A DNA stretch of 63,493 nt, filler included, from Chlamydiia bacterium (GTDB lineage Bacteria; Chlamydiota; Chlamydiia; Chlamydiales; FEN-1388), in the NCBI GenBank assembly GCA_903848235.1. It is 5 parts of 5 records of this genome, joined end to end, with 100 filler letters (N's around TTAATTAATTAA, not from the genome) between each part and the next. Parts side by side here need not be neighbours in the genome. Positions count along the whole stretch, not along the records: positions 1 to 15,634 come from CAINFV010000164.1; 4 more parts are not named here. One strand, 5' to 3'. Both the position numbers and the translations under genes were made by a program. The notes under the pieces were generated by a model that saw only the letters and a program-made list of their open reading frames with translations, did not search any database and was not told where the DNA came from. The stretch's first letter is position 1; each line of letters starts with the position of its first letter. This document shows positions 1 to 9,368 of this stretch, one piece after another.

Positions 1-405
1 CCAAAAGGGTCTTGAATCTTGTAGGTGAGACGCCTCCACGCGAATCGACAGCAGAGCTGCTAGGCTGTCGTATCTAGACAACCGTTCACAATGGCCTGAA
101 AGGGCTATATGTCCACAATTGTCCAGATTTTTAGAAGCGGTCCATTCTGTACTCATTCCCGAAACTTTCAGCGTGTCGTCTTTCAGCAATATGGAAATCC
201 ATCTTCTGTCTTCTAGGTTTTGATAATTTCCAACTTTTTCTTCGAGGTCCTGTTTGGAGATGGGGATCGTCTCGTCTTTCTGTTCCTTTCCCACCATGCT
301 GTCGACCAAGTACACATCGGCGACCTTATTGCAGAGCGAATAGGGATCCTGAGAGGCTAGGTTCGTTAGGCAAATCACCGAAAACCGTTGTTCCGGGAAG
401 CGGAC
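1..405 (-). pseudogene. C-terminal fragment of a serine hydrolase (beta-lactamase-like family), 5' part lost
   Basis: Open frame VRFPEQRFSVICLTNLASQDPYSLCNKVADVYL... resembles the last strands and helix of serine hydrolases. It is preceded by an in-frame TGA and a MITE end, lacks the N-terminal catalytic region, and runs off the window. Confidence 0.55.
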
Positions 406-427
406 TCAAAAAATGTTAAAGGCTGTG
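401..427. repeat. Terminal remnant of MITE family A
   Basis: cggactcaaaaaatgttaaaggctgtg matches the family A end cggtctcaaaaaatgctaaagtccagtg (reverse complement of 31682-31709). Confidence 0.6.
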
Positions 428-509
428 CCACTAGACTTCGTAATTCCATCCACATCTTTTTACTCAAACGCTCTATACTAACTTTCGATCTATTGTACGA
501 AGGATTCTC

Positions 510-1301
510 ATGAGAGTTGTTTTCTTGTCGCTATGGTGCTTCTTTCTCTGCTGCGGGACCTCCTGTTCTAAGGTTTGCGTCATGCAGCGCTCTGAGAGCA
601 TGGAAGCCTACAGGATGGACGAAGAGACGAAGAGAATGTTTGTCGAGACAAATCCAATAAAAGCCTCGTTTTCTGTCCTTCTTGGCCCCATCAACAATGG
701 CCGCTGTGATGCCTATGCGAAATTTCGTGGGTTCGGGGAGCGAAAAGATTACCTTCTCTTCTGCCTTAACACCGGTGACGCTCATGCGCCGATCGCCATG
801 CATACTCTCACCATCGAAGATGACTGTATCATAGACCACGACAATGGCGTAGAGGTCAAAAAGAACGCTTTTGAACTGCGGATCCCAGCAATTCCAGGTT
901 TTCAGTCCACGTGGTACCTCTGGGCAGAAGATAATAGCGTACGCCTGTCCCAGAAGACGATTGCCAAGTCGCTGCAAACAGTTGGTAGTGACGGCGCGAC
1001 GCTCACCCTCATTCGAAAAGAAAGCGGCGGCAACTTTGTTGAGGCGCATGCTTCTGGGCTGCACGAAGGAGAGCAGGTCTGCTTCATCCTTCGGAGCTTG
1101 GGAGAACAGTTCTATCATCCTGAAAAAGTTCCAGAGAGCGGGAAGCTGCACATGCCATTTGTCTCATCGATCGTCGGTATCGAACGGGGTGTCATATCAG
1201 GAAGTACAACCATTTCTCTTGTCCGAAAACATGAGACACTCGATGTCACCTACGATTGGGATCTGTCTACAACGCAACAGGCGGCAAAGAAAAGCAGATA
1301 G
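510..1301 (+). CDS. Hypothetical exported protein / putative lipoprotein
   Basis: 263-aa ORF with AAGGA RBS and a hydrophobic, Cys-rich N-terminus (GTSC). Confidence 0.7.
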   Translation: MRVVFLSLWCFFLCCGTSCSKVCVMQRSESMEAYRMDEETKRMFVETNPIKASFSVLLGPINNGRCDAYAKFRGFGERKDYLLFCLNTGDAHAPIAMHTLTIEDDCIIDHDNGVEVKKNAFELRIPAIPGFQSTWYLWAEDNSVRLSQKTIAKSLQTVGSDGATLTLIRKESGGNFVEAHASGLHEGEQVCFILRSLGEQFYHPEKVPESGKLHMPFVSSIVGIERGVISGSTTISLVRKHETLDVTYDWDLSTTQQAAKKSR

Positions 1302-2216
1302 CTACTCTACCTGGGCAATCTGCTCTGTTGGTGGGGCGCTGCCTCCACGGGGATGGGCGGGGGCCTCAGCAAGAATGATCTCCCCGGCTTCACAGCGACG
1401 CTTAAATGAGCTGTACCATTTTGTAGCTGCGATAGCTTGTCCTTTCTCGACAAGCTCCCACAGCTTTTTTTCAAGCAGCTCAGGAGTATCGACATACATA
1501 CATGAGTAAGCGGGATCTGACCAGAGGGTTATCTTCTCCCCTTTATAGGTAAACGACCTCGGAAGCAGTATCTTCTCCTCGCAGTTCAGCTCGATGCCTA
1601 TTGATGCCAGACAGGCGAGACTGAACCGGATGCAGTTGGGGCCTCGAAGCCCCCAATGTGAAAAGTCATACCCATCTTCTGTCAACAGTCTGTGAACACG
1701 TAGATATCCTTCTTCGGTCAGAGGGAAGGCCGCAGCAAAGGTAGGATGATGGTCTCCAGCGCCATACTGTAGGCACCCGTCAGGAAGAGGATGAAACAGG
1801 TAGCTGGCAGGATTAGGGTCATTCTCATCCCATGCACGACGCACTACCTCATCGAAGTAGCGGGGGGCATACAGCCCAAACTCTCCAGTATGTCCCCCTT
1901 CAAACACCCATGCCTTTCCCTCTTTTTTACCAGCTAAGACGACCCATGTATGGCCGGTATTAGGATCTTGAGGAAGAAACAGCCCTTGGGACAAGGTAGA
2001 AAAGTAGTTCGAAGGAGTGGTGTAATCCAGATGACGGGCGTCGACTAAGACTACAAGATAGTATTCAGACCTTCCAGCAAATTGGGGAGAGGATTGATTG
2101 GTAGCATGAACTCCACCGAGATAATGGTAGCGACTGACATATGAGTCACTCATCCGCTGTGAGCAGGAAGCCAGAAGAAAAAACGCGACTGTCAAGGCGG
2201 CGAAAATAGGTTTCAT
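1302..2216 (-). CDS. Putative lipoprotein with permuted papain-like (NlpC/P60 superfamily) motifs
   Basis: Lipobox LLASC; GHTWVVL (His) precedes WGLRGPNCIRF (NC), the order found in permuted papain-like enzymes. Confidence 0.6.
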   Translation of the reverse strand: MKPIFAALTVAFFLLASCSQRMSDSYVSRYHYLGGVHATNQSSPQFAGRSEYYLVVLVDARHLDYTTPSNYFSTLSQGLFLPQDPNTGHTWVVLAGKKEGKAWVFEGGHTGEFGLYAPRYFDEVVRRAWDENDPNPASYLFHPLPDGCLQYGAGDHHPTFAAAFPLTEEGYLRVHRLLTEDGYDFSHWGLRGPNCIRFSLACLASIGIELNCEEKILLPRSFTYKGEKITLWSDPAYSCMYVDTPELLEKKLWELVEKGQAIAATKWYSSFKRRCEAGEIILAEAPAHPRGGSAPPTEQIAQVE

Positions 2217-2298
2217 ATACTCATGGCACTACCAAAATGTTATAGACCCTCATCTCGCACCTACATATACCGATTCTTGAACAAGAAGAGGTATAGTT

Positions 2299-3729
2299 TT
2301 ACGTAATCTCAAACATGAAAGAGACCTCTTTCGGTACGTCTCCCCTCACAAAATCAAACGCCACTCTCCAGTCGTACGCCACACTTTCGTTCTTCTGTTT
2401 GGCAAGCATCTGTCCTGGGCGATTGCCAAGACTCACATGGCCAATGGTGCGCGCTTGAGGTGTCTGCGACGAAATGTGAAGTGTAAAACTCCCATTCACA
2501 ATGGCAATCCCCTTTTCCGGGTCAAAGGTCGACGCCTTCTTTCCATCGATCAGCAGTTCGGTATCATCATTTCGCTCTACATAAGCACGTATCAGACACG
2601 GGTCGTCTTCTTTTAGGTCATTCACTTTCACCTTCCCGATAAAGCGATGCTTCTCTTGCGTCAGCTCTATAAGCTGGCCATTGGGAAAATGGAAGACCAC
2701 TGTTTGGCTGGGAGTAACAATTCGAAGAGGATGAAATCCATACACTTCTGCCGTCTTCGGAACAAAAAAACAGGCAGCAACGGCGGCATCACCGACACTC
2801 CACATGGTAAAAGGCTTTTCAACATCCCAATGCTGATGTTCTTGAGGACAAGAAAAAACAGCATCAGGAGGCGTGATCAACGCCAGTTCTAGGCAGGTAC
2901 GGTAGGGCCATGGGCGGTTTTTGAGGGGAGTTGCAAAATATACACTCATCAGACAGTCGAATACTGTCGTCTCAGGAGCGTTGCCAAATTGAAAGACGCC
3001 AAGCGCCGGACCATCGTAGGTCGCGGCTTCTGGATGCCACATCGTACGAGCAACTTCGAGTAAGGCAGTAGGCAGACACATGTCCGTACATTGAAAATGA
3101 GAAAGGAAGGCAAGCACTTTCCCAAACGTCCATGGATGAAGCCACTCTCTGCCTTCTTGGAAGGCATGTGCAGCACTCTCGATTGTTCTGAAGAGAGCGG
3201 CATCTTCAGGAAGCGTCTCCTGCAATGCCATGATGAGCATAGCCGCGCCACTAGTAGCGCTTTTCTTAAGGTTATTCAGCGCGCAGGCAACAAGAGATCG
3301 ATGGCAGGCGTGAAGACGTGTTTTCAGCTCCTCACCGAGTACAGAATCAAAGCTAGTCCTCAGCGCTGACATCACACAACATAAAGAGACAGGAAGATGC
3401 CAATCACGGCACTCAGGATAATCTGTGAGCAGAGCTGGAAAATTTCCACACTGATCACTCGTGCTATCGAGATTTTGGAATGAAAGAAGGTGGCCAAGGA
3501 GTACTTTCCCCTGCTGAATAGACTCGAGGGTCTTACGACGAAAGAGAAGTAGGGCATAGAGAAAGTTTTCATAGGTAGGTGCCGCCTGTACTGGCTGCCC
3601 TTCATACAGATCGCGATGCAGATGGAGAAGCCCTGTCTGACCGCTTAAGAACGGCTGCAGTTCGCGATAGGCTTTTTCAATGTACTGCCTGTGAAGAATA
3701 CTCGGGACGATACTCTCTTGCTGATTCAC
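2299..3729 (-). CDS. Hypothetical protein, 476 aa
   Basis: Long ORF with an ATGA overlap with the upstream SDR gene; no recognised motif. Confidence 0.75.
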   Translation of the reverse strand: MNQQESIVPSILHRQYIEKAYRELQPFLSGQTGLLHLHRDLYEGQPVQAAPTYENFLYALLLFRRKTLESIQQGKVLLGHLLSFQNLDSTSDQCGNFPALLTDYPECRDWHLPVSLCCVMSALRTSFDSVLGEELKTRLHACHRSLVACALNNLKKSATSGAAMLIMALQETLPEDAALFRTIESAAHAFQEGREWLHPWTFGKVLAFLSHFQCTDMCLPTALLEVARTMWHPEAATYDGPALGVFQFGNAPETTVFDCLMSVYFATPLKNRPWPYRTCLELALITPPDAVFSCPQEHQHWDVEKPFTMWSVGDAAVAACFFVPKTAEVYGFHPLRIVTPSQTVVFHFPNGQLIELTQEKHRFIGKVKVNDLKEDDPCLIRAYVERNDDTELLIDGKKASTFDPEKGIAIVNGSFTLHISSQTPQARTIGHVSLGNRPGQMLAKQKNESVAYDWRVAFDFVRGDVPKEVSFMFEIT

Positions 3730-4439
3730 AATCCAAATCCTCCTGCAACCTCAAGGTTCTGCCCTGTCACATACTCCTGTCGAATGAGAAACGCAACAGC
3801 ATCCGCTACTTCTTCTGCCGTCGCAGCCCTTTTGAAAGGCAATTGATCAGCATACCTTGCCAGATCCACGGAAAAGGACATCTGCCCTGGAGAGACCATG
3901 TTCACCCGTACCTGATGCGGCGAGAGCTCTTTTGCTAAAGAGCGTGTCATACAGAAAAGCGCCTCTTTCGACGCTTTGTACCACGACGCATAACTATCAG
4001 CCCGGCCATTGTGCATGCCTGACGTTCCAATATTAACAATCGCCCCGTGGCTGGCGCATATGAGAGGCGCCATTTCCTGAATCAACATCATGGGAGCAAA
4101 CACGTTTACCGCAAACAGCTCTTGGGCAGTATTCATAGGAGTGTTGAGAGCCGAAGAACGAACATAGTTGCCGACATTGTTGACAAGGCCATAAATAGAG
4201 CCGACATCGTTTGTAGCAGCTTGTGCGAGAGCTGCTGCACCGCCTACGGTCGAAAGATCGCCTCGCAGAAGATGGGCAGCAACACCGAACGCTCGGCATG
4301 CTTCAGCGGTCTGTTGCGCTTCCGTCTCACTTGTCCTGTAGTGAACAAGAATGGAAAACTGTTCTTGTGCTAACCGAAGGGCAATAGCCCTTCCAAGATG
4401 CCTCGCGCTTCCTGTCACCAAGATCCAACGCTCTTTCAT
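3726..4439 (-). CDS. folM: SDR oxidoreductase, pteridine reductase/FolM-like
   Basis: TGSARHLG Rossmann motif, NNVG, YKASK catalytic motif, VTGQNLEVAGG; overlaps folB. Confidence 0.7.
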   Translation of the reverse strand: MKERWILVTGSARHLGRAIALRLAQEQFSILVHYRTSETEAQQTAEACRAFGVAAHLLRGDLSTVGGAAALAQAATNDVGSIYGLVNNVGNYVRSSALNTPMNTAQELFAVNVFAPMMLIQEMAPLICASHGAIVNIGTSGMHNGRADSYASWYKASKEALFCMTRSLAKELSPHQVRVNMVSPGQMSFSVDLARYADQLPFKRAATAEEVADAVAFLIRQEYVTGQNLEVAGGFGL

Positions 4440-4801
4440 GCTGTATCTCCTCGTTCAGCAGTCAAGCGCACATAGGCGCACTCCCCGCCAGGGACCATCC
4501 CTCTCTTTCGCACCATGACAACCAGCTTATCAACAGAAGAAAATTTGGTGAAAAGAGCTGATGCAATAGCCTGCGCTGCTGTTTCAAGGAGATGAAAAGA
4601 TCCGTTGATGAGCGTTGCTGTTACGCATTCTGCAATATCAAGATAATTCACAGCGTTATAGATGGTATCTCCCACGGGTGCCTGACGATATGTTAGAGCT
4701 ACATCAACCTCTATAGAACGACGCTCCACGCGTTCTTGCGGCAAGCATCCGAGGATACATTCGACAATGAGCCTTTCTATCCCGATTTCAGATGTTGCCA
4801 T
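4436..4801 (-). CDS. folB: Dihydroneopterin aldolase
   Basis: LGCLPQER, VNY and FHLLETAA motifs; 121 aa. Confidence 0.85.
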   Translation of the reverse strand: MATSEIGIERLIVECILGCLPQERVERRSIEVDVALTYRQAPVGDTIYNAVNYLDIAECVTATLINGSFHLLETAAQAIASALFTKFSSVDKLVVMVRKRGMVPGGECAYVRLTAERGDTA

Positions 4802-5630
4802 GCATGACCTTTTGCATTGCTTGCTCTAAAGCAGCGATAATAGGATCCGTTCCTGAAGCAGAAGCGACAATCGTTGATTTTTCTTTCAACGCAGCAGGAG
4901 CAGACGCCATTGCAATCCCTACGTCAGCCTCCTCTATCAGATCGATGTCATTCATATCATCCCCAGCAGCAATGGCCTTAACGCCGGGATATCGCTTCCT
5001 AAGGGTCCTTAAAGCATGGCCCTTGGAGGCCCCCTGTGCTGTCACTTGGATAATGCGAAGGTCCTCGTTGAAGGCATCTTTCATCGTTGGCGCCAGGAGA
5101 GAGGTCTCGTCAGTGATTGTCTCTCCTAACATTGAAGCAGCCATAGGAGAGAGAAAAAACCGAACCCCCGCTACGCGCATTGCAGGGACTTTGTTAACGC
5201 TATTGATAGAAATCCACTGTTCTCGCTGCTGCTCTTGGCGGATGCAGAGATGCTCTAAAATCATCTCCGAGAACCGTCGGGGAGTGTAGAAAATCCTCTC
5301 CTCACCACCTGCTTCATAAATAACCCCCCCAAATTCATCAATAAAGGTAGAGAGCTTTTTCAGATCGGCATTCTCCATCAAGGCAGAGTCAATCATCTCT
5401 TTGTTAGGAAACGAAAAAAGGCAGGCGCCATTATAAGGGGCGAGAAAAAAAGGAAATGGAAGCGAGGACAGATGCTCCATACTCCAACGTATTGTACGCC
5501 CCGTGGCAAAAAGGATGACCCACCCCTTCTGATGCACGCTGGCCAAAAAAGAAGCCAGATGCTGACTTAACGGGTGGTGTTGGGTGACGAGTGTTCCGTC
5601 GATATCAAGAGCAATAATTCCATGTGCCAT
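4788..5630 (-). CDS. Cof-type HAD-IIB phosphatase
   Basis: DIDGTL, ATGR, SKG and GDDMND motifs. Confidence 0.9.
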   Translation of the reverse strand: MAHGIIALDIDGTLVTQHHPLSQHLASFLASVHQKGWVILFATGRTIRWSMEHLSSLPFPFFLAPYNGACLFSFPNKEMIDSALMENADLKKLSTFIDEFGGVIYEAGGEERIFYTPRRFSEMILEHLCIRQEQQREQWISINSVNKVPAMRVAGVRFFLSPMAASMLGETITDETSLLAPTMKDAFNEDLRIIQVTAQGASKGHALRTLRKRYPGVKAIAAGDDMNDIDLIEEADVGIAMASAPAALKEKSTIVASASGTDPIIAALEQAMQKVMHGNI

Positions 5631-5814
5631 ATAGCCGTTCTTGGTAATAAGTTGTGAATCAGAATCAAGGGTACTGCAGCGCTGTGTTTCCTTGGTAGTC
5701 TACCGATCGAATTGTTTGGATATAGAGACAGTAGACGTCATTGCCTCCTATGGGTATCCTAAGAGAAATGAAGATCTCTTTTTACAGACTTTTTTTTTCA
5801 TGAGGAAGACAGCT

Positions 5815-6279
5815 ATGTTACGAGCGTTGTTTATTGGCGTTGCCCTTACCTGTGTTCCTTTTTCATCTGCCATTTCTCATGCGTATGCAGAAGAAGTTGT
5901 CATCGAGGATGAGAATATGCTGCAGGAGAGTGATCAGCAGGAGTTTCTTGATGAAGATACAGCGCCCCACGGTCAAGTCATCGATGTGCGCAAACTCTTT
6001 TTTAAAACACTTTTTTTGCTCGTTGGACTCTGCGGCCTTGTGGTTGCAGGAGGGTATTTCCTCAAGCGCATCGCGGGAGGCAAGCTAAACAGCTTCAACA
6101 CTAATGGCGCCATCCAGCTGATGGAAAGAAAGTATCTGTCACCAAAATCCTCTGTTTGGCTTATCGAAGTCAACGACCAACCACTCGTTGTCATTGACAG
6201 TCAGTACGGAGTCGCCATTCATTGCTTGAAAGAAAAGGCTCAAGAACTTGATCCTATAGCTAAAACATTCACAATATAA
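5815..6279 (+). CDS. FliO/MopB-family membrane protein
   Basis: Signal peptide, acidic linker, one TM segment, then IQLMERKYLSPKSSVWLIEV (FliO-like); ATG at 5815 follows GAGGAA. Confidence 0.65.
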   Translation: MLRALFIGVALTCVPFSSAISHAYAEEVVIEDENMLQESDQQEFLDEDTAPHGQVIDVRKLFFKTLFLLVGLCGLVVAGGYFLKRIAGGKLNSFNTNGAIQLMERKYLSPKSSVWLIEVNDQPLVVIDSQYGVAIHCLKEKAQELDPIAKTFTI

Positions 6280-6288
6280 GATATCTAT

Positions 6289-6447
6289 ATGTTAACGAGA
6301 ATTGCCCTTGTTATTGCCAGCATCCTCTGCTTCTTCACCGCTTGCTATCGTATGCCAGAAGAAGGCGAGGTGAGTGTCGTCCCAAACACCAACAACCCAG
6401 CCATGACTCGTCAAAGCGGAGGGTTAATGCCCGGCGTTGATATGTGA
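6289..6447 (+). CDS. Small 52-aa lipoprotein (not in the ORF track)
   Basis: MLTRIALVIASILCFFTACYRMPEEGEVSVVPNTNNPAMTRQSGGLMPGVDM*; lipobox FTAC; starts 9 nt after the fliO-like stop. Confidence 0.7.
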   Translation: MLTRIALVIASILCFFTACYRMPEEGEVSVVPNTNNPAMTRQSGGLMPGVDM

Positions 6448-7029
6448 GGATTTTGCAAAATCCACCACCACTTCCGCTAGGCGGAAGGACAGAGAATCCA
6501 CGTTTTCACGGATGGTGGCATGGGATGTATCTGTACAAAAGTCAGAGACAACTTTCACCATTGAAAGAGGGACGTTGTTATCACGTGCTACGCGAGCGAA
6601 GGCATACCCTTCCATATCTACCAGAGCAAGCGCACTATGAACATCTGGCGGGGCATACATCGGGACAGGAGCGCTGAACAAGGCCGCTGCAAGAGAATCG
6701 TCAAGGACAATAGTCTCCTCGGAGTTATAGCCATATCTATTGCGTTCTACATCCCATTGCAAGAGTGATGTCGTTCCCACCTGCAATACCGTTCCTATAG
6801 CCACACTCTTCTCCAAGCATCCTGCAATCCCGATGTTCACCCATCGGCATCCGGCGCTCGGCGCCTTTGATGCACACGCTTGTGCCGCACCCATCCCCAT
6901 GCCGCAGATGTGAATCTCTCCTCCTGAAAACAGGTACTCACCACTCCCTTGTGCTTTTTCAACAGCAGCAACCGTTGCGAGTGTGGCGGCCGCCTCACGA
7001 TGGGTGGCAAAGAAAAAGACGAGCCTCAT
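6424..7029 (-). CDS. Nucleosidase of the MTAN/futalosine hydrolase type (CT263-like)
   Basis: CGMG, NIGIAG, DMEGYA and KVVSD PNP/UDP-family motifs; coupled to mqnD. Confidence 0.8.
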   Translation of the reverse strand: MRLVFFFATHREAAATLATVAAVEKAQGSGEYLFSGGEIHICGMGMGAAQACASKAPSAGCRWVNIGIAGCLEKSVAIGTVLQVGTTSLLQWDVERNRYGYNSEETIVLDDSLAAALFSAPVPMYAPPDVHSALALVDMEGYAFARVARDNNVPLSMVKVVSDFCTDTSHATIRENVDSLSFRLAEVVVDFAKSSHINAGH

Positions 7030-7823
7030 ACCCTCTTCTGTGCCTCTAAAAATATATCAATCCACCGATAGGCCTCATCAGTCATCGTTTCCGTCTGCTC
7101 GGTCACATAATGGTTGATATGTTGCCAGATGGTATCTGGATGCAGTTCTGCGGCATGGCTAAGGATATAAGGAGAAAGAGAAGAACGGGCTTTTGCAGCT
7201 TGAATTGAGTGTCGAAGGGTGTCTGAGAGGAGATCGAGCGTTTTTATCCCGAGCGACCGTCGAGCGACAATGACGCCAAGGGGAAGAGGCGTTAGAAAGC
7301 GGGAGGTATATTCATCTCCAATATCAACCATCTGATGAAGGCCGTAAGACTGGTAGACAAACCGCGCCTCATGTATCACAAGTCCTGCATCAGCACGACC
7401 GTCAACGACGCTCTGCAATATCTCACAAGACGGCATCTCGATAATTGTTGCAGGAGCGCCATACAGCACACAGAGAGCAACAAAGGCAGAGGTATATCTC
7501 CCAGGAACCGCAACCCGTAGTGAGGGTAGATCGCTGATGGTGAAAGGACGTTTGACGATGATCTTCGGCCCGCCATTGATAGCAAAGGCAGCACCAGCAG
7601 AGAGGGGGACATATTCCTCTCCTATTCTACTCAGACATGCTGTCGACACCTTCGTGATGTCATAAGGCGCCGATGTCTGGCTAAAGATATTCAGTGTTTC
7701 AATGTCATGAAAAGACAGTGTCAAAGAAATCGGAGATGCGATGGCGCCTTCTGCCCAAGACTGAAAGCAGAAGGTGTCATTCGGACATGGAGAAACAGCT
7801 GCTAAAAGAGTTCTAGGACGCAC
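7026..7823 (-). CDS. mqnD: 1,4-dihydroxy-6-naphthoate synthase (futalosine menaquinone pathway)
   Basis: SPCPNDTF, DIETLN, IHEARF and PLPLG motifs. Confidence 0.9.
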   Translation of the reverse strand: MRPRTLLAAVSPCPNDTFCFQSWAEGAIASPISLTLSFHDIETLNIFSQTSAPYDITKVSTACLSRIGEEYVPLSAGAAFAINGGPKIIVKRPFTISDLPSLRVAVPGRYTSAFVALCVLYGAPATIIEMPSCEILQSVVDGRADAGLVIHEARFVYQSYGLHQMVDIGDEYTSRFLTPLPLGVIVARRSLGIKTLDLLSDTLRHSIQAAKARSSLSPYILSHAAELHPDTIWQHINHYVTEQTETMTDEAYRWIDIFLEAQKRV

Positions 7824-8422
7824 ACTTTATCCTCGTCAATAGCTTGTAGAGCAGCTGTAGAACCAAGATTCAACTCTGGTATTCCATCGCCACGATCGAG
7901 AATCTCTTCAGGTGTCAGATCATCGGTAAGAAGTGAAAATATGCGGTACAGCGTCATCACGTCATCAAGTGCCCGATGCGACTGATTTTGCGGGACGCCA
8001 AACATCTCTCGCAGATATTGGAGGGCATGCCGTGGCAGGTCCTTGCGGTACTTCCTCGCCCACTTCAGTGAGTCTATCAACCCCCAGCCTAAGGGCAGTT
8101 GCAACTTATGCCGCTTCGCTTCAGCGCGAATAAAAGGGATGTCAAACATCTCTCCATTATGAGCCACGAGGAGAACCTTCCCAGAGCAGAATTTGATAAA
8201 CTCCGCTCCTGCACGGGCAAAAGAAGGCGCTTCTCTCACCATTTCATTTGAAATGCCATGGATAGCAGTCATTTCTTCAGGGATAACGATGCCAGGATGT
8301 ACCAGCTGCTGAAAGGTCTGATTACGGACAGGGTCAAAAGCCGCAATCTCTACAATACGATCTGTATCAGGGCGTGTGCCAGTTGTTTCAAGATCGAAAA
8401 AAATCGGACGATAGGTCGACAT
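7802..8422 (-). CDS. dnaQ: DEDDh 3'-5' exonuclease, DNA Pol III epsilon-like (CT261-like)
   Basis: FFDLETTG, AHNGEMFD and HRALDD motifs. Confidence 0.9.
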   Translation of the reverse strand: MSTYRPIFFDLETTGTRPDTDRIVEIAAFDPVRNQTFQQLVHPGIVIPEEMTAIHGISNEMVREAPSFARAGAEFIKFCSGKVLLVAHNGEMFDIPFIRAEAKRHKLQLPLGWGLIDSLKWARKYRKDLPRHALQYLREMFGVPQNQSHRALDDVMTLYRIFSLLTDDLTPEEILDRGDGIPELNLGSTAALQAIDEDKVCVLELF

Positions 8423-8501
8423 AAATTAAATATCAGGAAAACAGGATTATTCACAGAATTTCCCCCTCCGCTCTATGGCGAAGGGGGAGAAAGAAGGGAC
8501 G

Positions 8502-8975
8502 CTATTTTTTCTTTGCGCCTTGCATCTCTTTAGCTTTGGACATCATCTCTTCTAATGACATCGCTTTGATTGCAATAGCATGAACAATGGTTCCAAACAT
8601 ACCGCAGACTTGCTGCATCGTGTTCAGATATGCATGCAGAAGCGGCTCATCCACTTGGCTGTTTATGCAAGGAATGACGACGCGATAAAACACGGTCTTC
8701 GACTCTTCATCACAGCAAAAGCCCGGCATATCGAGCTCTTTGTTGATCATATGCAGAAGACGACTGAGGTCAAAAAATGCCTCATTGTCGATAGAGCATG
8801 GGATGAAGGTCAAAATCTGGAGCAGGTTCCCGCCATTGAGCTGACGGATGAACGTTGGATATTCATATCCACCTTGAGAAAATTTCGCTAACAGCTGATT
8901 CGTATTTTCTTGGACAGAGGCCTTGAGCCCAAACTTATCCAGAGAGCTGATTAGCTCAGTATTGCTAAGCTTCAT
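8502..8975 (-). CDS. YbjN-fold type III secretion chaperone (CT260/Mcsc-like)
   Basis: LLHMINKELDMPGF motif; synteny with dnaQ-mqnD-nucleosidase as in CT260-263. Confidence 0.75.
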   Translation of the reverse strand: MKLSNTELISSLDKFGLKASVQENTNQLLAKFSQGGYEYPTFIRQLNGGNLLQILTFIPCSIDNEAFFDLSRLLHMINKELDMPGFCCDEESKTVFYRVVIPCINSQVDEPLLHAYLNTMQQVCGMFGTIVHAIAIKAMSLEEMMSKAKEMQGAKKK

Positions 8976-9368
8976 AAATATTCCCCCTATAATGGTGCTT
9001 TCTAACTTCAGGCTAGTGCTCTTACCGAAAAATTTGCAAGAAGAGTTCTAACTATTCATTAAAAAAACACGACTGCTCTTCGAATCTTAGGGAACAACCA
9101 TGAAGACCGCGACGTAACGCGCACAGCACTGGATTTAGTTAACGTTTGTTTTGAAAGATTTATATTGTCGAAAAAACTAATTGCCCTGATTAGAACTTCA
9201 TTATAAGATTCTATTAATTTTAGTAGAAATATTTTGATTCTCAATAATAATAACTTGGAAGCCAGGGGACAATATAGGCAATTCTCTAAAAAGCCCGCTT
9301 CAGACAATCGGCGAGCCCAAAATGCCTATAATTTGTCCACTCTTCAGGACAAACGAGATCTCAACCAC

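Noticed and set aside
6424..8975. T3SS chaperone clustered with dnaQ and menaquinone genes
   Set aside because: Known conserved chlamydial synteny (CT260-CT263)
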